From: Octopus sinensis
Lineage: Eukaryota
Assembly (NCBI RefSeq): GCF_006345805.1
Contig: NC_043012.1
Coordinates: forward strand, 1,736,001 to 1,800,000
Direction: 5' to 3'
Length of the DNA stretch: 64,000 nucleotides
A program made the position numbers and the translations under genes. Shown one piece after another: positions 11,781 to 26,386 of the stretch. A model generated the notes under the pieces. The model searched no databases. It was not told the origin of the DNA and was given only the letters and a program-made list of their open reading frames with translations. Numbering within the stretch: position 1 is the stretch's first letter; each line of letters starts with the position of its first letter.

Positions 11781-13126
11781 ATTTCTGTAAACAAAAGTGG
11801 TGTTGTTTTTGTAAAATGTTAGAATATTAATGCATAAATATTTATTATTATTAAAATTATTATTTTATTATTGTTATAATTATTTCGAACGTATGTAAAA
11901 TTTTACTTAAAATAAAATGAATTTTATTGTTTGTTTACAAAATTTGTTCAAATGTTTTGCTAATTGGTTTAAAAAAAAACATGCCTTTCGATGTCTTTAA
12001 CTAGAATTTATTTAATTAATGCTACCGTATTACAATTATATTCACTTTCATTTTAACCTGACCTTATTTCACACATCGACAGATTTTCAGTTTACGTCGA
12101 TGCTTGTTTGGTTAATTTCACTTTATAATCTAATGTTTCAGTTTTTTTTTCTGTTTTTTTAATTTTTAACAAAAGTTTGAAGTTACCTAATCTGTTCTTA
12201 TATATAACCGATATCACCAGTCTGAAGCTAACAATGGGTCGTTGTTGCTTTCACGTATTATTTTAGCACGTAAAAGAAAAAGAAAAAACTGAAAGTGAAA
12301 TGCGAGATAAAAAAACAATGAAAGTAAAAAAATCAGAAAACGACAATATAAAATACAGAAGAAATTAGGGTAACTTCTCTATTTATTTCCTGAATACTCT
12401 TTAAATCATGTCGCGACAACAGGTGTCAACGTTTATTCTAGCAACAAGCGATGTATTAAATGCTGCATGTCGGATTATGCAAAGGAATTTTTACACCTGA
12501 ACCCAAATAATGTCATCATTCAAACGCATTCAGTTGAAAGATGAACATTCGTTAAAAGAAACCTAGATCGATACTAGGGTCATAATTATGGGTGACAATT
12601 TCATATGACAGCGCTAGAAAAAACTGCCGTTCAAACCGAAAAGATCCCTGCACTTTTTCTAAAATACAGTATTACTTCAATTTCTTACTTTCTCACCTTT
12701 CTTGTATTTCTTTTTCATTTCATTCGCATGTTTACTTACAGTTTTTCAGCAGGCTGAAAAGAAAAAAAAAAAAGAAATAACGGTAAGCTTTTCTTGCCTT
12801 TCCTCCCTCAGTCTCGGATCCACTCTCCTTCCTCTTCTTACTAAGCCTTAAAAAGTTATAAAACAGTAAGATCCGAAGAATGTCTGCTGCGGTAAAAAAA
12901 AAAAAAGTAATTAAGTCCAAACAGTGTCGTATATATTTATATTTTCTGTTGTGATAACGAAGGAATGTATAACGTTTTGGACGTTTGACTCGCTTCGGTA
13001 TTACGTGTCAAAAGTGAATATTGTTTCACTTTTATTCTTTCACTTTTAATTCTGTGATAAGACTATAATAGTTTCACTTTTAATTCTAATGTGAAAAGAC
13101 TATAATAGTTTCACTTTTAATTCTAA

Positions 13127-13519
13127 CTAGCAGTATCGCCCGGCGTTGCTCGGGTTTGTAAGGGAAATAACTATAAAGCATTTTTAGAGAGTTATAGCCA
13201 AAAAATAGCAAAGAATGCATTAAAAATGGAAAAAAAATTATGGTCAATTTTTTTAAAAATCGTTGACTCATCGTAGACATTTTTAGAGAGTTACTTCCCT
13301 TATATTAAAAAAAATATGCATTAAAATGGAAAAAATGATGGTAAATTATTTTTAAAATCGTAGACTCATCGTAGACACGCGCTAATACCCAGAAGGGCTT
13401 GATATGAATCACGACTATAAGATACCCGGTTTTGGTTAAACTGCACCGCAAAATGTGGGAGTAGTTAGGAATCTAAATCGGAGTAGACAGACACACAACC
13501 TTTCTTTTATATATAAAGA
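13127..13519 (-). mobile_element. Non-autonomous Helitron inserted in a 37-bp tandem repeat
   Basis: TC...CTAG ends, inserted between A and T of a repeat unit with no TSD. Confidence 0.85.
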
Positions 13520-14262
13520 TGTGATAAGACTATAATAGTTTCACTATTAATTCCACTGTGATAACACTAAGTCCAAGATATATAAAAATCACATTTACTG
13601 TTCAATAATCAGTTAATAATCCACGTACAAATTCGTTCTTTACAACTTCTGGAGCTGCTTTCAGATATGATCCATTCGTATAAAAACTATAATTCTGTCC
13701 AAATTGGTGAGCTAAACTCAAATTGTCGTTTCTGCAAAGCTTCAAAATTTACTCCACAAATGTTTTGTCGTAAATGCTGCACTTTTCTGTGTCGCCTGTT
13801 TCAACATAACTGTAATATATATGCACAAATTATATGTTTTGATCCCGAGCAACGCCGGGTATCAGTGCTAGTAGATAAATAAAGGTGCTAAACTGTATGC
13901 AAAAAAAGTGGGGGAGGGGGATTGTTGCCGAGAAGTAAAATGTGGAAGGAAGTAAACTGTAGAGAGGTGGAGTGATCAAACGAGGAATAAAGTACAGTCC
14001 TTTAAAATGATGAAAATCAGATGAATGAGGTAGGAATTAAGGGAGAAGGCGAGGGTCAAAAGGGAATATACATGATAACCAGGATGCACAAACATCAGAG
14101 TAGCTAATAAGCTTGCTTTCCAACCGCATGTTTCCGGGTTCAGTCCCACTACGTGGCATCCTGGAAAAAGTGTTTTCTACTATAGCTTCGAGCCGAAGAA
14201 AGCCTGTGAGTGGATTTGGTACACGGAAACTAAAAGACGCCTGTCATATATACATACATACA

Positions 14263-14331
<69 letters not shown>

Positions 14332-14528
14332 ATCCAAACAAGAAAACACAAAAAAAACACAACAACGCGAGGACGTGGAACAAATATAGTATTATTGGAA
14401 GCTCAGGAAAGAAGGAGGGTTTAACGTACGAGCGGAGCTCTTCGTCGGAAACATAGGAGAAGGAAAGATCCCGAGAAGGGAAGACAGAGGAAAAAAATCG
14501 CCAACGGTACTCACGAGGTCACATATAC

Positions 14529-14610
<82 letters not shown>

Positions 14611-15049
14611 TATATATATATGTATGTGTGTGAGTGTGTGTATTTATAAGAATTTCATTGTGTCTGTATTCGTCCCCACCCCAGCCCATCGTTTGACAAC
14701 CCATGTTGGGGAGTTTACATCTCCGTAACTTAGCGGTTTGGCAAAAGACACCGATAGAATAAGTACTAGGCTTACAAAGAATAAGTCCCGGGGGCGATTT
14801 CTTTGACCAAATATACTCACAAGGCTTTGGTCAGCCTGGGGCTACAGTAAGAAACACCTGGTCAAGGTGCCACGCAGTGGGACTGAACCCGGAACCATGT
14901 AGTTGGAAAGCAAGCTTATCACCACATCGTCACGACATACATACATACATACATACATACATACATACATACATACATACATACACACATACATACATAC
15001 ATACATACATACATACACACATACATACATACATACATACATACATAAC

Positions 15050-15210
15050 AGCTGTCCACTCGTGACCGAGGAGGACCATCACTGACCATTGTCCACATGA
15101 AATGCCAGAGTTCGAACATGTATCTCATTGAGTTCTTGTAGTAACCATTTTAGAAGACCAAAAGTGGGCGTAGGAACAGATACTTCAATGGTGAAGACGA
15201 TAAACTTGTT
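15050..15210 (-). mobile_element. Short R4/Dong-type LINE fragment
   Basis: SVPTPTFGLLKWLLQELNEIHVRT, homologous to the FGPLKWSLQELSEINART segment at ~23.85 kb. Confidence 0.55.
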
Positions 15211-16012
15211 CTAATTGCACATGTATGTATGTATGTATGTACGTACGCACGTTTGTATGCATGCAAGCATGCGTGTGTGTGTGCGTGCAGTCGGCTTCAC
15301 CGAGGTTTATGTTTACGGCGCGGCGCCCTCCTACTCAACCGGGCACCAGATAATCGCTGCGCCGGCGATTGCACAATCTGATATTTTAGGTTCAATAAGG
15401 CTTGCACAGCATTTCACAGACCCTTTTCACTCTACTGTCACGGTCCAAAGACAAGCCAGGGTAAAATATCCAGTACCAATACTGGAACGACATGAGCTCA
15501 AACGTAAGCCAAAGATCTCCAAAATATTCAATGCCGTTCCGTGCATATTTGAGCCTGTGACGTAATCCGCAGACCGAATTAGCATGATGCGGTGTGTAGC
15601 AAAGATGGACCCTTTGAGCAGCAGGTGCAATCAACCTGACGAGTTTAAGTTAAGCTAATGTCTACGCAGTTCCACTTATAATATACAAGGCTGTTGAAAA
15701 TGACAGGCTACCAAAAATCCATACACTGCGATTGCAAAATGAACTCTGTAACTGTTCGGCCATACTGTACCTACAATATCACTTCATGGTTTATTTGTAC
15801 GCATACGTATACTTATATCACAAAAAGAAATTCTACCTATTAAGGTACAGGCGTGGATGTGTGGTAAGAAGCTTGTTTCTCAACCACATAGCTCCAGGTT
15901 CAGTCCCACTGCGTGGCACCTTGGACAAGTTTCTTCTGCAATAGCTTCGGGCCGACTAAAGCCTTGTGAGTGGATTCGGTAGACTGAAAGAAACCCGTTG
16001 TTTGTGTCCACA

Positions 16013-16078
<66 letters not shown>

Positions 16079-16399
16079 TGTGTAGTGGTGTGTCCCACCT
16101 ACCCTTGACCACCGGTGTCGGTGTATTTACGGCCCTGTAATTAGCGGTTCGGTCTAGAATAAATACCAGGCTTTATAAAAGCCCTGAGATCGATTTGTTC
16201 GACTAAAACCCTTCAATATGGGTAACATCAACTGACAGAAAAAAAAAATGTAATTTAAAAAACATTTATGGGAGGTAACTTAAAAAAATTATTTAAAGAG
16301 TTATCTTTCGTGTTTAGGCGATCGTTTTCATGAAAATGTTTTACATGAAAGGCACCTGAAAAACGCAAACTTTGCTTCTCATAAGTTCCAAGTCACACA

Positions 16400-17727
16400 C
16401 CGTATATACTCGGTTATAAGTCACACTTTTTTTCCCCTGAAATTTTCACCTAAAGCTGGGAGTGCGATTTATACGCGCATTTTATAAAATAATCTTCAGA
16501 TATTTTCTATGTACAAGCCATATTTAAAGTTCCGACACTTGGAATACCCGTAAAACCCCGAATCGCTAATTCCGAAGCCGAGAAGTACACGGAAGACGAT
16601 CTTTAGATATTTCTTTACCTCTTTTAGTATGAAATAAACAATTAACTAAAGAAAAAGTGAGTTTAATGTTTGTTTGTTTTTGTACCGCAATTGTCTTTTT
16701 TTAATTCGTTGCCATGTTAGTTAACACGAGAAAGTTGAATTCGTATATCATTTTCAAGCTGAAAGTTGTTGAATACGCGAAGTCGCATTCGAATCGAGCA
16801 GCTGAAATAGTATTTGGGGTCTCAGAAAAAAAAAAAAAGGTCAAGGATTGGCGTTTGAAAGAGGATAAAATTGTATCCGTTGACATTAAATCGTTAAAAT
16901 TAGGACAGGAATGAATGCCAACGAGGAGATGGAGACTATTTTGAGAGATTGAGTGACTGAACTACTTACGAATAGACTTGACGTCACGAGAAACTTTATT
17001 AGATTACGGCCTCTCCAAGTGACTAATATATATCTGTTTTTAAAGCATCCCTTGGCTGATGGACGAGGTTTATGAAACGCCACAATCTTACGCTGAAACA
17101 GAGGATTCATATCGCACAGAAATTACTTGCCGACGTAGAGAGCAAAGTTGATTCCTTCCAGCAGTATGTAATAGACCTACGAAAGAGCCACGAGTTTGCC
17201 TTGGAAGTAATCAGTAATATAGACGAAACAGCCCTTTTTCGATATGGTTGGAACTCAAACAGTCGACGTTAAAAGTAAAATACAATTTCGGTGAAAATTA
17301 CAGAGAGCGACAAGGCCCACTTCACTGCAATTTTGGCTTGTATGGCCAACGGTACGAAACTTACCCCGGCTGTTGTTTTCAAAAGAAAGACTTTCCCGAA
17401 AGAGAAGTTTCCGAAGGACATAGTGGTGTATGATCAGGAGAAAGAGTAGGTGGATGAAACCGTATTGGCGAACTGGTTAAACGACGTGTGGTTAAAGCGC
17501 ACAGGGGCTAAGCTTACTCTCTTTTACTCTTTTACTTGTTTCAGTCATTTGACTGCGGCCATGCAGGAGCACCGCCTTTAGTCGAGCAAATCGACCCCGG
17601 GACTTATTCTTTGTAAGCCCAGTACTTATTCTATCGGTCTGTTTTGCTGAACCGCTAAGTAACGGGGACGTAAACACACCAGCATCGGTTGTCAAGCAAT
17701 GCTAAGGGGACAAACACAGACACACAA

Positions 17728-17826
<99 letters not shown>

Positions 17827-18460
17827 CGACAGGCCCGGTGTTATAGCAGAAGACACTTGCCCAAGATGCCACGCAGTGGGACTGAACCCGGAACCATGTG
17901 GTTGGTTAGCTACTTACCACACAGCCACTCCTGGGCTTAATTCAAAATCGCTTCTTGTATGGAATATGTTCAGGACTCATCTGATCTACAGCATAATAAA
18001 TAGATTAAAGGAGCGTCGTACCTACCAAGCTGTGATTCCAGGTGTGTGTACATCTGTGCTTCAGCCACTCGACGTGTCGTGAACAAGCCTTTTAAGCGGG
18101 GAATGCGTGCCAAATGGAATGAATGGATGATTAATGCTGACAAAGGCTGGGAACTTTAAACGCCCTGACCTTAAGACTGTTTGCCAATGGTTGATAGATT
18201 CATGGGCTGAAATACCGTGTGAACTTGTGATGAAATCATTTGAGAAGTGCGGAATCTGAAATTCCATGGATGGTACGGAAGACGACGAGCTGTATAATGA
18301 TTTCATCTGTGCAAGCAATTTTAGCCCAGTGCTTCATCAGTTAATGACGATCAGACGGGGATCAGGGTGTATACGACGAGACCATCACAACCGAGGTTTT
18401 TTTTACCAGTTATTTGGTGAAAGCGATGATGAAAGCGATGATTAGTATAACTCGTTTCTG
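16400..18460 (+). mobile_element. Tc2/pogo-like (POGK-type DDE_1) transposon, decayed, split by a SINE at ~17512-17932
   Basis: Left end CCGTATATACTCGGTTATAAG; FKLKVVEYAKSHSNRAA (Brinker-type DBD), MKRHNLTLKQRIHIAQKL, ISNIDET, FTAILACMANG, SVLQPLDVS, SFEKCGI. Right TIR not found. Confidence 0.88.
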
Positions 18461-19060
18461 CTTTCATTTAGGCTTCCGATTTTTGTCACAATCTTTCATA
18501 CACTTCCTTACAATTTAAAACAGTTTATTGCATTTTTCCCCACTGATAGCACGTATGACTACATGGTTTTGTGTGTCAGTTGCTATAGTAGAAAACACTT
18601 TCCTAAGGGGCCACGCAATGGGACTGAACCCGTAAGCAAGCTACCTACCACACAGCCACTCCTACGCCTATAAAAGATTCATGAATCTTCAGGGTTTAGA
18701 ATTGGTGTCCATGAAAACTGGTGCCTGTAGGCAAGGCATGTGGGGAAGGGGAGAGAGAGAGAGAGAGAAAGAGAAAGGAGGGAAAGCAGGGAGGGAGAGA
18801 AAACGTGTGAAGAGAGAGTGGGAAGTGAGGTGGGAGCTGGAAGATTCGACGCTAGTATAGGACGGCTATGTTATTCGATTAGATAGGAGAGATGACAAGT
18901 ACAGTTGATTTAGAAGGGAATCGAACTCGAAGTACATAACGTGGTAGAAAATACAGCAAAGTATTCTAATCTGCGTTCTAACGATCTTTCATATCATCGG
19001 GTTTATAATATCAAGTACAAATGGACACATACACACACAAAAAGTGCTTTAAATATAAAA

Positions 19061-19439
19061 CAAGCAGTATCGCTCGGCGTTGCTCGGGTTTGTTTCGACC
19101 CTTTAGAATTGGAATTTTTGAAAAGTAAAAATTTTGCATTATGTAGCTTGTTATTCTCTTTAAGTAAATATATTTCTGGTTGAAATACACCGAAAAATGG
19201 CGAGACAGCAGTCAAAAGATCGTAAAAAAATAGGGATTTTCGTAGAATAAACGATGTAAATAATTTTTGGTGTTAACATGTTCCGGTTTGAATTTTATCT
19301 TCTACGGAATGAAGAGCAAGCCTTCTTCTATCATACTCTCAATTTTGGTCAACTTGCGCCGCAGGGTCTCGGAGGAGATAGTGTTAGTTGAAAGCTACCA
19401 AACCTGCCACACACAGACAACTTCAGCTTTATATAGAGA
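19061..19439 (-). mobile_element. Non-autonomous Helitron (family shared with ~24620-24971 +)
   Basis: TCTCTATATAAAGCTGAAGTTGTCTGTGTGTGGCAGG start; same 3' hairpin, terminal CTAG mutated. Confidence 0.8.
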
Positions 19440-19788
19440 TTAAAATCTAAGGGACGTAAATCTGCAAATTTTTTCAGAAGTTATTTCCCTCTATTATCTT
19501 ATTTTATTGCTGCTTTGTGTAAATTATGGTTTTTACTGGATTCTCTACTTTTCGCTATGGCCATACTGGGACACAGCCATTTAGTGCTTTGTTCGAGTAT
19601 GGCGAATAATTTTCTATTTATGTTATCACTTCTTTTTTGTCGGTCACTATTATTGTTTAACCAGCTTCGAACATACAAATACTATGTATGTATGTGTGTG
19701 TGGATACGTTTGTGTGTGTGTGATTATATATGTGTATGTATACACACACGCACAAAGACATATACATACATACATATATATATATATG

Positions 19789-19846
<58 letters not shown>

Positions 19847-19932
19847 TAAGGGTAGAAATTGATATTAATCAATTAAAACCAGTGGCTTAGCATATTTTAA
19901 AAACATCCAAAGATTAAAAATTTTTTTGCATA

Positions 19933-20573
<641 letters not shown>

Positions 20574-20735
20574 ATGAGTAGGTATGCTGATGCAAACAGG
20601 AAAAATAGAACTCAAAATATGAGTATGTGTATATTTTGATACAGAGTAACTGAAGCTCCGAGTGTTTCGTGATTTGTCCCTTATCAGACTATATACATAT
20701 CTATAAATATGTGTGTGTGTGCGTATGTGTGTGCG

Positions 20736-20770
<35 letters not shown>

Positions 20771-20863
20771 TGTGTGTGTGTGTGTGTGTGCGCGTGTGTG
20801 TGTATACATACATACATACATACATACATGCATACATACATACACATACACAGAAACATACAA

Positions 20864-20913
<50 letters not shown>

Positions 20914-21036
20914 CTTTATTTAAAAGCAGCAGAAATTTATCAAAAGCTGTTACTCGGAGTTTCAAGTTCCCGATGAACGGGATCGTGAAACTCCGAGTAA
21001 CAGCTTTTGTTAAATCTCTGCTGCCTTTAAATAAAG
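20914..21036. mobile_element. Palindromic mini-MITE (123 bp)
   Basis: CTTTATTTAAAAGCAGCAG...CTGCTGCCTTTAAATAAAG, near-complete palindrome; half copy at ~31500-31567. Confidence 0.75.
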
Positions 21037-21123
21037 CATACTACTCTACCTCTGGTATTTGAGTACTCTTTTTTCCACCTTGTTTCACATTTATGTGTTT
21101 ACTCCGGTATATATATATATATA

Positions 21124-21493
21124 TCTCTCTATATATAAACGGCAGTTTGTCTGTGCGTGTTTCTGTGTGTCTGTTTGCTTGTACCCTCACCCTGACCACG
21201 GCTTTCAACCGATTCTGATGAAACTTGACACACACATAGCCCAATGTCATAATTCAAAACTAACGCAGCGAAAATTTTGAAAAGTTCCCCCAGTTCTGAA
21301 AAAAAATCGATAAATTCGACATGGGGTCGAGAATCAGAAACACAAACCACAAACTCCACCTTTTTTTAAATCTCAAAAAAAAATTTACCATGGTTTTTTT
21401 CCATTTTTTTGCTATATTTTGACTATAACTCTCTAAAAATGCTTTATAGTTATTTCCCTTACAAACCTGAGCAACGCCGGGCGATACTGCTAG
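21124..21493 (+). mobile_element. Non-autonomous Helitron (same family as 6505-6864)
   Basis: Same TCTCTCTATATATAAACGGCAG start and CTAG|T end. Confidence 0.85.
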
Positions 21494-22002
21494 TATATAT
21501 ATATATATATAAATGACCATCCGGGAATACAACCATGTCTGTTTCAACACACGGTTTCACATCAAGAATCTTGCAACGCAAGGTCATAAACACACACCCA
21601 CACACACATGCGCCATATATATTCGTGTATGTATGCACAAACACACACACACACACACACACCACACACACACACACACACGTGCTCTCGCGCATAAACA
21701 CACACGTGCACGCCCCTCCCCCTCAAAGTTATTTAGTTGTTTCATTCTTTGGACTCACAGCCTCATAGCAGTGAGAAATTTCGAAAAAAGAAATAATAAA
21801 GATAGAAAATATAAAAATAAAAAAACGAAACGATGCAAAATACAACAACCAGCGTGTGTATTTGTATAATCGTTAAAAATGTGACTCTAGAAATATATAA
21901 CAAAATTGCTTTCAATGCACCGTCTCAGAGCAAATTTTATGCAAAAATATTCAAAATGGAATTAAATATATATTTATGTGTGAAAAAAGAACTATATATA
22001 AC

Positions 22003-22390
22003 AGGGGCGCTTTTTTAAAAAAGATACCAGCTTTGTTGAAAATAGGAGTTAAAGCGCTCCGAAGCCACAAAATTTAACACTGTATTTACACAGGTATGGC
22101 TGGAAAAAAATTAAGTGAAATAAGGATTGCTTCTTACCTCTGCAAAACTGCAAACAGGAATGTCAGTTATTCGAGCGTGTTTTTGACACTAAATTCGAAA
22201 TCATAATATCAAGGAAACTGACATTCCGTCTTGCGTTTTTGTAGAGGCAAGAAGCAATCTTTAATTTACTTGATTGATTTTTTAACCATGCCTGTGTAAA
22301 TAAACACAGTGTTAAATTTTGTGACTTCGGTGTGTTTTAATTCCTATTTTCAGCAAAGATGGTATCTTTAAAAAAAAAAAAAGCGCCCTT
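22003..22390. mobile_element. Foldback MITE (imperfect ~170-bp arms)
   Basis: AGGGGCGCTTTT...AAAAGCGCCCTT with long complementary arms. Confidence 0.7.
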
Positions 22391-22919
22391 ATTATATATA
22401 ATTCTTTCTTTTATATACATCTATTAATTTTGCCTACACAGTTTTAGCTTGCAGCGGCTACTAACATTAATATCTCTCATGAGTGTCAGTGTTCTTTAGG
22501 AGCGGCTGTGTGGTAAGTAGCTTGCTTACGTACCACATGGTTCTGGGTTCAGTCTCACTGTGTGACACCTTGGGCAAATGTCTTCTACTATAGCTTCGGG
22601 CCGACCAAAGCCTTGTGAGTGGATTTGGTAGACGGAAACTGAAAGAAGCCTGTCGTATATATGTATATGTATATATATATGTATGTGTTTGTGTGTCTGT
22701 GTTTGTCCCTCTAGCATTGCTTGACAACCGATGCTGGTGTGTTTACGTCTCCGTCACTTAGTGGTTCGGCAAAAAGAGACCGATAGAATAAGTACTGGGC
22801 TTACAAAGAATAAGTCCCGGGGTCGATTTGCTCGACTAAAGGCGGTGCTCCAGCATGGCCGAAGTCAAATGACTGAAACAAGTAAAAGAGTAAAAGAGTA
22901 AAAGAGAGTAGGTAGTGGG

Positions 22920-23880
22920 TTTGAAGATTCTCCATTAATAATCCACAGATGTTCTCTTTCCTCTGTATTTTCCCCACTACATTAGTGTTCAGAGTCCAGC
23001 TGATTCCCACAGTAGAACATATTATTTCCCTGTGGTCCCACACAGCAGTATCTAGTCAGCCTTGTTTTAATTTGGTGCCTGTTTTAAAAATTCATGTTCT
23101 ACCATTATTCTTTGGAAACATTAGTCTCAATATAGTCAAATTCGCCTGTTGGTATTATTTTTTTTTGGTCTTATCCTGTCCCAGACCGTTCTGACCCACA
23201 ACATCATGGAAAGATAACATTTGGAAGACATTCTCTCGCATTTGCAATAATGTGGTTGATGTCTTCAGTTTTAGTCTTGCATCGCCTACATTTACTGTTT
23301 GTCCATGTTTTCAGCCTTTTATGCTGTAGGTTCTTTGTGAGGATCCCTTGTCCTTAAATTCCATGGAGGTAGCATTCACCATAACCTTGTTGGTACACCA
23401 CGTCAAGCTTTTGATCTGATCAGCTACATTTATGAATTGTATTTTTCGTGCCAAGTACCTATGTACTATTTTTCTAAGCGAAATGGTGCATTTAAAAAAA
23501 AAAAATGTTCATTTGATAAATAGATTTTACCAATGCTCTGTATCGGCTCTTATTCCATGCCTTTCCTCTGGTTCATTAGCTATCCTAAACATGTTGTTAA
23601 ATTCATGTTCGCAAATTTGGGTAAGATAGTTTACTAGTCTCTTTCCTCTGCTGCAGATGTTGCTCCAGTGTCACAGTACGTGCTTCATGTGGCATTACGC
23701 CACATTCAAGACCATGGCCACCGTCCTTGCTTGGGAAGTACAGCCCGTCCGAATCGTCATTGAGTTTGATGTTCCCTGTAACAATGATCAGCCTGCGAGT
23801 TCGAGCGTTTATCTCACTCAGTTCTTGCAGAGACCATTTTAGAGGGCCAAACTGAGCGTGAGGAGAAAACTGAAATGGCG
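22920..23880 (-). mobile_element. Decayed R4/Dong-type (RLE) LINE fragment
   Basis: FGPLKWSLQELSEINARTRRLI...DGLYFPSKDGGHGL, CRRCKTKTEDINHII, WDHREIICSTVGIS...KIQRKENICG; many stops and frameshifts. Confidence 0.75.
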
Positions 23881-23883
23881 AGG

Positions 23884-24290
23884 ACGAGAAGCTTGTATGT
23901 ATGTATGTATGCATGTATGTATGTATGTATGTATGTATGTGTATGTATGTATGTATGTATGTAGTATGTATGTATGCATGTATGCATGTATGCATGTATG
24001 TATGTATGTATGTATGTAGTTATGTATGCATGTATGCATGTATGTATGTATGTATGTATGTATGTATGTATGTATGTATGTATGTATGTATGTATGCATG
24101 TATGCATGTATGTATGTATGAACATATGTATGTACGTAAGTATGTACGTACGTATTTATGTAAGTATGTACGTATGTATGTACGTATGTACGTATGAACG
24201 TACGTACGTCTGTGGGAGAGAGAGAGAGAGAGAGAGAGTGTGTGTGTGTGTGTAGTAGTAGTAGTAGTAGGAGGAGGAGGAGGAAGAGGA
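23884..24290. repeat. (TATG)n / (GA)n / (GT)n / (GTA)n compound microsatellite
   Basis: Direct reading; source of the MYVC/HTYI pseudo-ORFs. Confidence 0.95.
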
Positions 24291-24619
24291 GACACTGCCA
24301 AAAAAACACCCCGCGGACTACAACAATCAATAAAATATAAATTATGTTTTAAAATTTATTCTTTCTGTGCAGTACTAAATGATCCAAGACTGGCCCGGTG
24401 CTGGTCTGCGGCCCGGTGCCGATCTACGGCCCGGTGGTTGTTAACCTCTGGTATGAGATTGTATTCAAATCTTAAATGATTCTATTGATTTGCTTTATGA
24501 TATTAGATCTCAGCTCCAAGATATTGCACTGAATACGTTGCGAAAATCTTCTCTTGAGAAAATTTATTACTTTTCTGAAGAATGGATTACAATCTATCGA
24601 ATTAAATCATAACATGCCA

Positions 24620-24971
24620 TACTTATATATATATAAAGTTGAAGTTGTCTGTGTGTGGCAGGTCTGGTAGCCTTAAAGTAACACTATTTCCTCCGAAACC
24701 CTGCGGCGCAAGTTGACCCAAGTTGAGAGTATGATAGGAGAAGGCTTGCTCTTCCTTCCGTAGAAGAAAAAATTCAAATCGGACCATGTTAACACCAAAA
24801 ATTATTTACATCAAAAAGGTGCTTTTTTTCTATGAAAATCCCTATTTTTTAACCAGAAAAATGCTCACTTAAAGAGAATAACAAGCTACATAATGCAAAA
24901 TTTTTACTTTTCAAAAATTCCAATTCTAAAGGGTCGAAACAAACCCGAGCAATGCCGGGCGATACTACTAG
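24620..24971 (+). mobile_element. Non-autonomous Helitron
   Basis: Homologous to 19061-19439; ends CCCGAGCAATGCCGGG...CTAG|T. Confidence 0.8.
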
Positions 24972-26386
24972 TTTTATATATATATATTTATATATATATT
25001 TATATATATATAAAAACTCACTTCCAAGGGACACAATTAGATACAGAGTTATCGAACTTCATAAGCAAGGGGGATAACTCATTACCTTTTTTTATGTCGT
25101 TATTTTGCTGGTGTTTCACTCCATTTTTCGTTTACCTTTCAACTCTGAAGGAATAACCTCCAACCTTCAACCACCTGCTCCACACAATATATATGTATGT
25201 ATATCAATGCATGTATATCAATGCATGTATATACGCGCGCGCGTGTGTGTAGTAGGAGGCTGCCAAAAACATGTAAATTATATCAGGTTCGAGACACAAT
25301 AATGGAATCTTAAAACAATAACAAAATAAATATAAATAAAAAAGAATAAAAATAAGAAGTTTCCTTACATATACAAACTTGACTGGAAATCGAACGTAAG
25401 CCCAACAGCCTAACTGCTAGTCCATGAATTTTACGCTTTTAGCAGCACTAACTTGTAAATAAATAACCTGAACCATTAATATGTAGTTAATACTTAATTT
25501 TGGAACCGTTAACCTCGAAGCAGATAAGCTATATACGATAGCGTGTAAATATTGGGTTAAAATCCTTTTTGAACAGAAAAAGTTGAAGGCTGTTTGCGGG
25601 ACACGAACCCACATCTTCTGTATACATTACAAGAATTCTACCATTGGACCAAAGCAATTCTTTTAAATATCTATTTTCATTCTAGAAACTTTATTCTTAC
25701 CACCGAGAATTTTATGTTGTTGACATCATAGGAATTTAGAAACTTCAAGAGAGAACGTGAAATAATTCTTTTTCGCCATGGTGAAGACCGACGCAGATAA
25801 CTGGCACTCCGTCTGTCACGACGATGATTGTTTCCACTTGATCCGATTAACGGAACAAACCTGCTCGTGAAATTAACGTCAATTAGCTGAGCACTCCTCG
25901 GACACGCGTACCTTTAATATACTTCTCATGAAGAGTCAGGGTGACGCAGAATGTGTCAAGGATGGCACTTTTGAAATATGGGTATATTTTTCGTTTTTGC
26001 CATCTGAGTGGACTAGAGCAACATGAAAATAAAATATCTTGCTCAAGGACACAACGCGTAGCGGGGAATCGAACTCACGACCTTACGACTGTGAACCGAA
26101 TACCGTTACCATTAAGCCACGTGAAGATAAATCTATAGATATTATCGCGTGTAAATATTGATTTCAAATTTTGGCACAAGGCCAGCAATTTCCGATGAGG
26201 GGATAAGTCGATTACATCGACCCGCTGATCAACTGGTACTTATTTTGTCGACCCCGAAAGAATAAAAGGCAAAGTCGACCTTGTCGGTATTTGAACCTAG
26301 AAGGTAAAGACGGACGAAAAGCCGTTAAGCATTTTATCCGGCGTGCTAACGATTCTGCCATTTCGCCGGCTTAAATAGCTTATATA

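Noticed and set aside
13054-13560. 37-bp repeats as a CRISPR-like array
   Set aside because: Head-to-tail units without unique spacers; the single interruption is a Helitron; eukaryotic context.
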